In this document: piece by piece, positions 16,194-24,000 of the stretch | Layout: each line of letters starts with the position of its first letter | How positions within the stretch are numbered: the first letter of the stretch is position 1 | Assembly: GCA_043747615.1 (NCBI GenBank) | Contig: JAYTOU010000070.1 | Span: 1 to 24,000, forward strand | From: Myxococcales bacterium | Lineage (GTDB): Bacteria > Myxococcota_A > Polyangia > Polyangiales > Polyangiaceae | Length of the DNA: 24,000 nucleotides | Direction: 5' to 3' | Position numbers and translations under genes: made by a program | The notes under the pieces: model-generated | Databases searched by the model: none | What the model saw: the letters and a program-made list of their open reading frames with translations, nothing else | What the model was told of the DNA's origin: nothing

Positions 16194-16734
16194 GTGACGA
16201 GCGGGCACGTCGGCCCGAATGGAGCACAGGGTCAAGGTCAAGGTGCCGCTCAAGGCTCGGGGACCGTGCGTCCTCCGGCTCCCCCTCCCCCTCCCGCACC
16301 ACCGCCGCTCCCGCCCACGCCGGCACCCGCCCTGCCCCCCCGCACCTGCGTACGTACCGCCCGCGCCTCCTGCGACCGCGAGATACGAAGCTCCGCAGCC
16401 GGCGTCGCCACCCATTCGCGCCGAATCGGGCTTCGCGACCTGCGCAAATACAAGGGTGGGCTTCTGGTCAGGATTTCATTTTGGACCGTGCATTGGTTTC
16501 GCGACGCGCGGCGAGATCATCGGCTTCGATCTCGAGCTTGATGTCTTCGCGGGCGGAACGGTGCCGACCGTGGACTTTCTCGTCCCTATCTCGATCGTGA
16601 TCCCGATTGGTGCGCGCGACGATCTCTGGGACGGAGCCTACGTCCGTGTGGGTCCGCAGTTGGGCTACAGCATCACCACCGGAAAGCCGTCGGACGGATT
16701 TTTTCGTCTCGGCGGTCACGTCGGGTTCGGGTAG
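16194..16734 (+). CDS. Hypothetical proline-rich protein with a beta-strand-rich C-terminal domain; split over two frames at a C7 tract
   Basis: Frame from 16194 reads GQGQGAAQGSGTVRPPAPPPPPAPPPLPPTPAPALPP. Frame from 16219 continues PPAPAYVPPAPPATARYEAPQPASPP, followed by GFWSGFHFG...GYSITTGKPSDGFFRLGGHVGFG. The frames would fuse if the C7 run at 16335-16341 were C6. No signal peptide was found. Confidence 0.35.
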
Positions 16735-17096
16735 ACGACTGGCGCCCTCCGAGCCACGCTCAGCCGGGCGCATGGGTAACCTGATGGCATCGTGCCGTGC
16801 GAAAGTTTCTTCTCGTCGGGTTTGGCTGCGCATGAGTCACGCAGACCGAGCAAGCGGCGACGCGACGGTTGTGGCTGGACTATTTAGCGTCTAGGAATGC
16901 GACGATGAAAGCCCGCTCCGTCGAGCTTGGACGCCCCGCTCGCTTCGACCAGCGTTGGAGCGGAAGCCTACGTCGAGGAAGCGCTTCGCTGGGCACTACC
17001 TGCCGACGTGCGGGCAACGCCCCTACCTTCGACCGCGCTGCAGCCAGCAGCGAAAGCTTCTCCGGAACGCATCGTGTTCGCTGACGACAACCGCCC

Positions 17097-17513
17097 GTGA
17101 TTCCCGAGGCGCGAGGCAGACAGCCCGGCGCACTTCGCGTCTTGGTCGTCGACGACAACGAGGACGCGGCGGAAATGCTCTCCGACGCCCTCGGCATGCT
17201 GGGATGCGACGCGCGAGTCGCCTACGACGGCGCCGAAGCCATCCGCATCGCCCACGAGTTCGACCCCGAGCTTGCCCTGCTCGACATCGGCCTCCCCGTC
17301 ATGGACGGGTACGAGCTCGCGGGGCATCTACGCAGGGCCGCGCGCGGAGAGCAGCTTCGGCTCGTTGCGGTCACCGGGTATGGCCAAGATTCCGATCGGA
17401 TCCGTGCTGCCCAGGCAGGCTTCGACGCGCACTTGGTCAAACCCGTAGAGCTGCAAATAGTCATTGAACTGATCGACGACTGCCGAAAGCGCGTTGGCGG
17501 GCGCCCGTCCTAG
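17097..17513 (+). CDS. Stand-alone CheY-like response regulator receiver protein
   Basis: VLVVDDNED, phospho-acceptor context LALLDIGLPVMDG, VAVTGYG and HLVKP. No output domain. GTG start. Confidence 0.85.
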   Translation: MIPEARGRQPGALRVLVVDDNEDAAEMLSDALGMLGCDARVAYDGAEAIRIAHEFDPELALLDIGLPVMDGYELAGHLRRAARGEQLRLVAVTGYGQDSDRIRAAQAGFDAHLVKPVELQIVIELIDDCRKRVGGRPS

Positions 17514-17820
17514 CTCACCGTCACAGAGGCGATAACTTCCCCGACACAGAGGGCTTCTGGAAGAGGCAGGCTCATTCGTCTGCCGGCAGTTTCCCTCGCG
17601 GACGAAGGTCAACCAGGGCTCCGAGCGTGCGCTGTGGCGGAATGCGTCGCCGAGATGCGGCTGCGAATCTCGGTAAGGATGCGTGACATTCGTCGCTGCC
17701 GTGTGTTGGTGAGGCGACCGTTGCCGTCGGCCGTCGAAAATCAATCGCCTCCACTACATATGCACTCTACATGTTAGCGCCCCGCGTCGATTCGGAACGC
17801 AGATTGCAGAGTCGCGGCGC

Positions 17821-18870
17821 ATGACGAAGCGTTCACGGCGGGAGTTCATCGCCCTTTCAACTGCAGGCGTAACGCTCGCGATGGGAAGTGGTTGTGCTCG
17901 CGCCGCGCCACCCCCTGCCGCTCGCGTTGCGACGAATGCAACGGCTCCGATACCGCGTCGCGCGTTGGGAAAGACGGGAGTACAAGTTTCGATCCTCGGT
18001 ATTGGCGGCTCTCATCTCGGGGAGGTGAAGGAGGAGACCAGCGCGATTCGCATCGTGCACGAAGCCATCGACGCGGGGATCAATTTCATGGACAACGCGT
18101 GGGAATACCACGACGGAAAGAGCGAGGAGATCATGGGGCGCGCACTCGCCGGTGGCTTCCGCGCCAAGGTCTTTCTCATGACCAAGGTCTGCTCGCACGG
18201 TCGCGGTGCCAGCGTCGCCATGCAACAGCTCGAAGATTCACTGCGCAGACTGGGAACCGACCACCTCGATCTCTGGCAGGTGCACGAGTGCGTCTACGAC
18301 AATGATCCCGACCGGCACTTCGCCAAAGGTGGCGTCATCGAGGCCATCGACAAAGCAAAGCAACAGGGCAAGGTGCGCTTCGCGGGTTTCACCGGGCACA
18401 AGAGCCCCGACATTCACCTAAAAATGCTTTCGTACAATTATCCGTTCGACACCGTGCAGATGCCCCTCAACTGCTTCGACGCAACCTTCCGCAGCTTCGA
18501 GCAGCGAGTCATGCCCGAGCTCGTGAAGAGAGGCATCGCGCCCATCGGGATGAAGAGCCTCACCGGCCACGGTGAGCCCGTCTCCAAGGGCGTCGTTACG
18601 GCCGCCGAGGCTCTTCACTACGCGATGAGCGTGCGCGGAGTGGCAACCACTGTCAGCGGGATCGACAGCCTCGACATCCTCCGCCAAAATCTGGCCGTTG
18701 CGCGCGGAATGACTCCGATGACGGAGGAGCAAATGGTCGCCCTGCGATCACGCGTTGCCGACGCCGCGGCTGACGGACATCTCGAGCTCTACAAGACGAC
18801 GACGCACTTCGACGGCAAGGTCGGGCGCGAGCAGCACGGATATCCACTAAAGGACGAGCTCCCGCTCTGA
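17821..18870 (+). CDS. Aldo/keto reductase with a twin-arginine (Tat) signal peptide
   Basis: N-terminus MTKRSRREFIALSTAGVTLAMGSGCARA has an SRRxFI Tat motif, with cleavage either lipobox-like (GSGC) or AxA. AKR tetrad contexts are FMDNAWEY, LMTKV and WQVHE. Confidence 0.85.
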   Translation: MTKRSRREFIALSTAGVTLAMGSGCARAAPPPAARVATNATAPIPRRALGKTGVQVSILGIGGSHLGEVKEETSAIRIVHEAIDAGINFMDNAWEYHDGKSEEIMGRALAGGFRAKVFLMTKVCSHGRGASVAMQQLEDSLRRLGTDHLDLWQVHECVYDNDPDRHFAKGGVIEAIDKAKQQGKVRFAGFTGHKSPDIHLKMLSYNYPFDTVQMPLNCFDATFRSFEQRVMPELVKRGIAPIGMKSLTGHGEPVSKGVVTAAEALHYAMSVRGVATTVSGIDSLDILRQNLAVARGMTPMTEEQMVALRSRVADAAADGHLELYKTTTHFDGKVGREQHGYPLKDELPL

Positions 18871-18877
18871 GAACCCC

Positions 18878-19849
18878 ATGACGACCATTGCTCAAAGAGC
18901 GCTCGGCAAAACAGGCGCGCACGTATCCGCGCTCGGCATGGGCGGTCACCATCTTGGCGGCGCCAAAGACTACGAAGAAGCCGAGAAGATGGTGCATGAC
19001 GCCCTCGATGCCGGCATCACCTTCTTCGACAATTGCTGGGAATACCACAATGGTAAAAGCGAGGTCTGGCTCGGACGCGCACTCGATTCTGGCGCCCGGC
19101 GGCAGAAGGCGTTCGTGATGACGAAAGTCTGCACGCACGGCCGCGACGGAACGCTCGCTTTGAAGATGCTCGACGAATCACTCCGCCGTCTGCGCACGGA
19201 CTACCTCGATTTGTGGCAAGTGCACGGCGTGACGTTCGACAATGACCCGGAGCTTGCGTTCCGCAAAGGCGGAGTCATCGAGGCCCTCGACAGCGCCAAG
19301 CGCGCCGGCAAGGTTCGCCTCGTGGGGTTCACGGGGCACAAGGACCCTCGCATTCATCTAAAGATGCTCTCGTACAAATATCGATTCGACAGCGTGCAGA
19401 TGCCGCTGAACTGCTTCGACGCAAGCTTTCGGAGCTTCGAGCAGCTGGTGCTCCCAGAGCTGCAAAGACAAGGCATTTCGGCGCTTGGAATGAAGCCGAT
19501 GGGAGGGCGGGCAGACGGCATAAAAAAGGGCGTGGTCAGTGCCGAAGAGATGCTCCGGTATGCGATGAGCCTGCCCGTAGCCACGACGATCAGTGGAATG
19601 GAGTCGCCAGACGTGCTGCGAAAGAACATCGCCCTGGCCCAAGCGTTCAAGCCCATGACGGCGGCTGAGATGGTCGTCGTGCGCGACAAGTGTCGAGAGG
19701 CTGCAGGCGACGGCCGCTTCGAGCTCTACAAGACGTCACTCAAGTTCGACAATCCGCACGCGCGATTGACGCACGACTTTCCGGTCGATCCGAAGCAGAA
19801 AGAAGTGGAGGAAGAGCTGCAGCAGGTCATGGGCTCACCGCCACCGTGA
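18878..19849 (+). CDS. Aldo/keto reductase, signal-less paralogue of the upstream gene
   Basis: Collinear with 17821-18870 from RALGKTG onward, roughly 60 percent identical by eye. It starts 7 nt after the upstream stop and has no signal peptide. Confidence 0.85.
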   Translation: MTTIAQRALGKTGAHVSALGMGGHHLGGAKDYEEAEKMVHDALDAGITFFDNCWEYHNGKSEVWLGRALDSGARRQKAFVMTKVCTHGRDGTLALKMLDESLRRLRTDYLDLWQVHGVTFDNDPELAFRKGGVIEALDSAKRAGKVRLVGFTGHKDPRIHLKMLSYKYRFDSVQMPLNCFDASFRSFEQLVLPELQRQGISALGMKPMGGRADGIKKGVVSAEEMLRYAMSLPVATTISGMESPDVLRKNIALAQAFKPMTAAEMVVVRDKCREAAGDGRFELYKTSLKFDNPHARLTHDFPVDPKQKEVEEELQQVMGSPPP

Positions 19850-19946
19850 GGCCACGCGATGAGTCACCGCGATGAGCCAATGGTTCGCACAGACGAGCCT
19901 GCAATAGTCCCTGCGAGCTGCTAGATTCAATTCGGGGCGCTGGCCG

Positions 19947-21896
19947 ATGAAGACACTGGTTTTTGGCGAGGGGGCGGCGTCGTCCGATGCAGCGCGCATT
20001 CTGGCGGCGCGTGGTCATCAGGTGAGCGTCGCGGAGGACCTGACGTCCGCCATTGAAATTCCGGCGCCCATTGCCCTCGTAGTCCTCGTTGGGTCTGCGT
20101 CGAGCACACTCGTCGAGTCGTGTGCCGCGGTCAGGAAGAGTGCGGCCTGTGAATGCGCGGTGATCCTCGCGTCGCTCACGGACGAAGAGCTACCGCTCGT
20201 GTCCGCGCTTCTCGACGCTGGGGCAAACGACTTTCACGCGCGGTCCGTCGGCGTCGAGCCCCTCGAGAGTCGGCTGACCGTCGCCGAGCGAGCGGTGCAC
20301 GCACGTGCCTTGCGGGACGGCGAGCTCTTGCAAAGCACGCAGGTGGCGGAAGCTTTGCGGCAAAGCGAAGAGAGTCTTTTGATCACGCTGCGGAGCATCG
20401 GCGACGCTTTCATCGCGACCGACGCACGCGGCCACATCGTGCAGATGAACCCGACCGCGGAGCTTCTCACTCTTTGCACGCTCGGCGAAGCGGCAGGAAG
20501 GCCGCTCTCCGAGTTCTGCTCGCTTCTCGACGAGTCCACCCGGACCCCTGTGCGGAGCCCCGTCGATCGCGTTCTCGACGAACATAGGGTCGTGAGCATT
20601 CCCCCGAACACCTGCCTCGTCAGGCGGGACGGCACCGAGCGCTCCGTCGCCGATAGTGCCGCACCGATTCGTGATGCGAACGGAAAAGTGAGCGGCGCGG
20701 TCTTGATCCTCCGCGACGTCTCGGCAGCGCGAGCGGCGAGCGCCGAGCGCGAACAGTTGATGGCCCGCCTCGTCTTGAGCGAGCGAATGGCATCGCTAGG
20801 CACGCTGGCCGCCGGGATCGCACACGAAATAAACAACCCGCTCGCGTACGTGATCACCAATCTCGAGCTTCTCGAGGAGGCTTTTCGCACTCCTGCGTTG
20901 CGGCAGGGTGTCGACGCCATGCTGGGTGACGCGCGCGACGGTGCGGAGCGGGTTCGTGCGATCGTGCGCGGGCTGAGCGCCTTTTCCAGCGCAGATGAAG
21001 CGACGCCGGTCCCTATCGACATCGCTCATGTGCTCGATCTCTCGATCCGCATGACCTTCAACCAGATTCGCCAGCGCGCGCGCCTCGTCACCGATTATCA
21101 GCGTGTGCCGGCCGTCCAAGGCGATGAAGCCCGACTCAGTCAGGTCTTCATGAACCTCCTCCTCAACGCGGCCCAAGCTCTTCCCGGGGGCCAGGAGGAG
21201 TCGAACGAGGTGCGGGTCTCCGTGCGTTGTGATGTTGACGGCAACGTCATCGTGGACATTCACGATACGGGTCCCGGCATGGCCCCCGAGGTCGCCGCCC
21301 GCATCTTCGATCCCTTCTTCACCACGAAGCCCGTCGGCGAAGGAACGGGGCTCGGGCTCGCCATTTGTCACGGCATCATCACCTCGATGGGCGGCCAGAT
21401 CTCGGTCGAGAGCGAGCCGGGAAAAGGCACGACGATGCGCGTGATCCTGAAGGCAACGGATCGACCGGCAGTGGAGAAGGCGGCAGCTCCGACCACGCTC
21501 GCGCATGAACCAGGCCCGCGCAGTCGCGTGCTTCTCGTCGACGACGATCCCAGCGTGCTCTCCGCGCTCCGGCGGGCCCTGGCGAGCGAGCACGACGTGG
21601 TGGTCGCGAACGGGGGCGAGGACGGGCTGGCGCATTTCGTCGCGGGCGAGACCTTCGATGCCATCCTTTGCGACCTCATGATGCCGAACGCCACCGGGAT
21701 GGACCTCCACGCCGCGCTCCTCGATCTCGCGCCCGGGCAGGCGGCGCGGATGATCTTCATCACCGGTGGCGCGTTCAGCACGGGTGCGTGTCAGTTCCTC
21801 GAACGCGTGCCGAACTGCCGATTCGAAAAACCCTTCGACCTCGGGAGTCTGCGCACCGCCATACGCGAGCTTTGCGCCAGCTCCACCGCCTCCTGA
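19947..21896 (+). CDS. Hybrid sensor histidine kinase: degenerate N-terminal receiver-like domain, PAS, HisKA, HATPase_c, C-terminal receiver
   Basis: H-box GIAHEINNPLAYV, G-boxes DTGPGM and GTGLGLA, and C-terminal REC (VLLVDDDPS, ILCDLMMPNATG, FEKPF). The N-terminal ~110 aa align to a REC fold but lack the DD pair and the phospho-Asp (LVVLVGS). Confidence 0.85.
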   Translation: MKTLVFGEGAASSDAARILAARGHQVSVAEDLTSAIEIPAPIALVVLVGSASSTLVESCAAVRKSAACECAVILASLTDEELPLVSALLDAGANDFHARSVGVEPLESRLTVAERAVHARALRDGELLQSTQVAEALRQSEESLLITLRSIGDAFIATDARGHIVQMNPTAELLTLCTLGEAAGRPLSEFCSLLDESTRTPVRSPVDRVLDEHRVVSIPPNTCLVRRDGTERSVADSAAPIRDANGKVSGAVLILRDVSAARAASAEREQLMARLVLSERMASLGTLAAGIAHEINNPLAYVITNLELLEEAFRTPALRQGVDAMLGDARDGAERVRAIVRGLSAFSSADEATPVPIDIAHVLDLSIRMTFNQIRQRARLVTDYQRVPAVQGDEARLSQVFMNLLLNAAQALPGGQEESNEVRVSVRCDVDGNVIVDIHDTGPGMAPEVAARIFDPFFTTKPVGEGTGLGLAICHGIITSMGGQISVESEPGKGTTMRVILKATDRPAVEKAAAPTTLAHEPGPRSRVLLVDDDPSVLSALRRALASEHDVVVANGGEDGLAHFVAGETFDAILCDLMMPNATGMDLHAALLDLAPGQAARMIFITGGAFSTGACQFLERVPNCRFEKPFDLGSLRTAIRELCASSTAS

Positions 21897-22092
21897 AACG
21901 AAACCGTCGCTGCGTTGCGGCCTCGCACGAGCTCGTCTGAAAGTGACCCGAAGAGACGCACCGCGCCTGACCGAGGTCGAGGATGAGCAGATTGGGGGCC
22001 CATGTAATCGCGCCTCCTCAGGTTGACGTTAGGGTCGTTGCGCGTAGGGTGCTCGGTCCTGGGACGGCAGCACGTCGCAGCAGGAGCTGCGA

Positions 22093-23643
22093 ATGATGAT
22101 TTCCCCGCGAGGTCGTTCGTCCACCCGACCTGCCCCCGTCACGATGGACGACGCGGTGTCACCGAGCGTCTGGCTCGTCGACGACAGCCCACTTCAGGGT
22201 GAGGTGGCGCGGCAGGCCCTCGCCCGCAGGCATCGGGTCGTCCTATTTGACGGAGCAGCGCCGATGATCGAGCGCCTCTCCACCGGGGACCGGCCAGATA
22301 TTCTCGTGCTCGATTGGCATATGCCCGAGGTCTCGGGCGAAGAAGCATGTCGCTTCGTGCGCACCATCGCCGACGCTGCCGAGCTGCCGATCATCGTCTT
22401 GACCGCGACGGGCGACCAACAAGACCTTCTTGATGGCTTGGCTGCGGGGGCCAACGACTTCGTCAAAAAGCCCGTGCTCGAAGCCGAGCTGAACGCGCGC
22501 ATTTCGTCCCTCGTCCGGATGAAACGCGTTCATGCTCGGCTCGCATCAACGGAGTGGGCGTTGCGAGAAGAAGCGGGTTTTCGCGAGCGCTTTCTGGCAA
22601 TCCTGGCGCATGACTTGCGCCAACCTCTGAATATTTTCTCGGTCGGTAGCGAGGCACTGGCGGCTTCGGACACGCCGCAAGCGGTACGTGACAGGCTGAA
22701 GCTGGTGTTCGCCAAGGCGACCGCACGCATGCAGAGGATGATCGAGGAGCTTCTCGACTTCAGTCGAAGCCGACCGCAAGGCGGCGGAATGCCCATCGTG
22801 GTGCAGCCCACTGATCTGAGCGTCGTCATCCGAGACATTGTCGAGCAAGTCCGACTCGAACACCCGACCCGAACGATCCGGTTCGACGGTTGCGATAGCT
22901 CCGTGGGCAGGTGGGACGCCGATCGCATGGCGCAGGTGGTCGGTAATCTCGTCGAGAACGCGCTAGCTCACAGCGCACCCGCCTCCCCCGTGAATGTCGC
23001 GTTGAACGCCGCGCCGGGCGGCATCGAGCTAACGGTCGAGAACGACGGTGACCCCATCGCGCCCGCACTCGTGCCGATGCTCTTCGACCCCTTCCAACAG
23101 GGAGCGTCACGCACGGCAAACGAGCGGGGCCTTGGTCTCGGCCTGTACATCGTCGATCAAATCGTCAAGGCGCACGGCGGGACGGTCGCCGTCGACTGCG
23201 GAGGCGGACGCGTTCGTTTCAGCGTGGTGGTCCCGCTCGCACCGACCGACGTGAGAGCGGACGTACCGGTCGCGCCGCTGATCCTCGTCGTCGACGACAA
23301 CATGGACAACTCCGCGATGTGCGTTGCGGTCCTCGAGCGCGCGGGGTTTCGTGTTGATCGCGCATCCGACGGAATTGAGGCTCTGGAGAAAATTGCCAAG
23401 GCTCCGCCCGATCTGGTCTTCATGGATCTCGCGATGCCACGAATGGATGGCTGGGAAGCCACGCGGCTCATCAAAGCTGACCCGCTCACGCGGGGTATCG
23501 TCGTCGTCGTCCTGACCGGCCTCTCTGCACCGGCCGATCACGAACGAGCCCGAGCGGCGGGCGCGGAGCAGGTATCGCGGCGGCCGTCGTCTTCACAAGA
23601 AATTCTCGCGCTCACTCGCTTACACCTCGGCGACGCTGCCTAA
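22093..23643 (+). CDS. Hybrid histidine kinase with receivers at both ends (REC-HisKA-HATPase_c-REC)
   Basis: N-terminal REC (WLVDDSP, LVLDWHMPEVSG, FVKKP), H-box LAILAHDLRQPLN, ATPase boxes NLVENALAHS and GLGLGLYIV, and C-terminal REC (ILVVDDNMD, VFMDLAMPRMDG). An alternative start lies at 22144. Confidence 0.85.
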   Translation: MMISPRGRSSTRPAPVTMDDAVSPSVWLVDDSPLQGEVARQALARRHRVVLFDGAAPMIERLSTGDRPDILVLDWHMPEVSGEEACRFVRTIADAAELPIIVLTATGDQQDLLDGLAAGANDFVKKPVLEAELNARISSLVRMKRVHARLASTEWALREEAGFRERFLAILAHDLRQPLNIFSVGSEALAASDTPQAVRDRLKLVFAKATARMQRMIEELLDFSRSRPQGGGMPIVVQPTDLSVVIRDIVEQVRLEHPTRTIRFDGCDSSVGRWDADRMAQVVGNLVENALAHSAPASPVNVALNAAPGGIELTVENDGDPIAPALVPMLFDPFQQGASRTANERGLGLGLYIVDQIVKAHGGTVAVDCGGGRVRFSVVVPLAPTDVRADVPVAPLILVVDDNMDNSAMCVAVLERAGFRVDRASDGIEALEKIAKAPPDLVFMDLAMPRMDGWEATRLIKADPLTRGIVVVVLTGLSAPADHERARAAGAEQVSRRPSSSQEILALTRLHLGDAA

Positions 23644-23866
23644 CCGACGCGCTCGAGTGTCCTCGTCCGGCGGCGTCGTGGCCTACCGCGCGGGCTCCGC
23701 GTCACAAGCAACTCAGGGCACGTGGGCAATCCGTTACCCGCGTAGCTTGGTTAGTGATTTAGCCAGCGCACAAATGCGCACACGCGCTTCATGAGCGAAA
23801 ACCAGGCAAATTTGTGGCTTTTGCGAGCGACGAACGATCGGCACGCACGTTGCTCCATGTCGCGAC

Positions 23867-24000
23867 ATGACCATCACGAACCGGCCGCGTCTGACGACGA
23901 TCCTCTGCGCGACGCTCCTCTCCTTCCTCGCTGCGTGCTCCGGCGCGCCTGACTCGGGGGAGGACACGAGCGCGACTTCGGAGTCGTCGAGCGCAATCAC
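23867..24000 (+). CDS. 5' end of a putative lipoprotein gene (runs off the window)
   Basis: MTITNRPRLTTILCATLLSFLAACSGAPDSGEDTS is a positive n-region, hydrophobic core and LAAC lipobox. It is not in the ORF track because it is open-ended and short. Confidence 0.5.
   Translation, partial: MTITNRPRLTTILCATLLSFLAACSGAPDSGEDTSATSESSSAI

Noticed and set aside
17050-17100. ERIVFADDN peptide just upstream of the response regulator, resembling a second receiver start
   Set aside because: It is in a different frame, only ~11 residues long, and ends at a stop codon. It is most likely coincidental.
17793-17808. Sigma-54-like element cGGaacgcagaTTGCA upstream of the first aldo/keto reductase
   Set aside because: The spacing is right and the -12 box is good. 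However, the predicted transcription start would fall about 2 nt before the ATG at 17821, leaving no leader or ribosome-binding site, and the -24 box is poor.
19923-19945. gattcaattcggggcgctgg as a possible third, degenerate att copy that would close a second island
   Set aside because: Only ttcaattc plus a gggg run match, and a 5-bp gap is required. This is indistinguishable from chance by eye.
20234-21710. 262-aa and 304-aa minus-strand ORFs
   Set aside because: They are antisense to the hybrid histidine kinase and have no motifs of their own.

Overview
GC-rich bacterial chromosomal segment. The many hybrid two-component proteins, Tat or lipoprotein signals and strong GC3 bias suggest a myxobacterium-like organism, but that is inference only. 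The window opens inside the 3' end of a tRNA gene. Its last 21 bp (1-21) recur exactly at 11438-11458, delimiting an ~11.4 kb tRNA-flanked island that starts with a decayed tyrosine integrase. The cargo is a selenium-metabolism cluster. Its core matches the selenoneine (sen) pathway: EgtB-like SenA (3224-4480, -), glycosyltransferase SenB (4513-5514, +) and a Cys-type SelD/SenC (6907-7950, -). Interleaved are genes not part of the described three-gene pathway: a flavoprotein disulfide reductase coupled to senB, a CCCC-motif permease and a CysK-like PLP enzyme in one operon with selD, and an MFS-rhodanese fusion coupled to a NifS-like desulfurase (both damaged). Right of the island lie a second integrase remnant and a small Cys-rich lipoprotein gene. 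These are followed by an arsR-arsM-gapdh-arsJ arsenic operon, a proline-rich ORF, a CheY-like regulator, two tandem aldo/keto reductase paralogues, two hybrid histidine kinases and the start of a lipoprotein gene. No CRISPR array, rRNA or complete IS element was seen. All calls come from reading the ORF translations and the sequence by eye; no searches were run, and junction coordinates are approximate.
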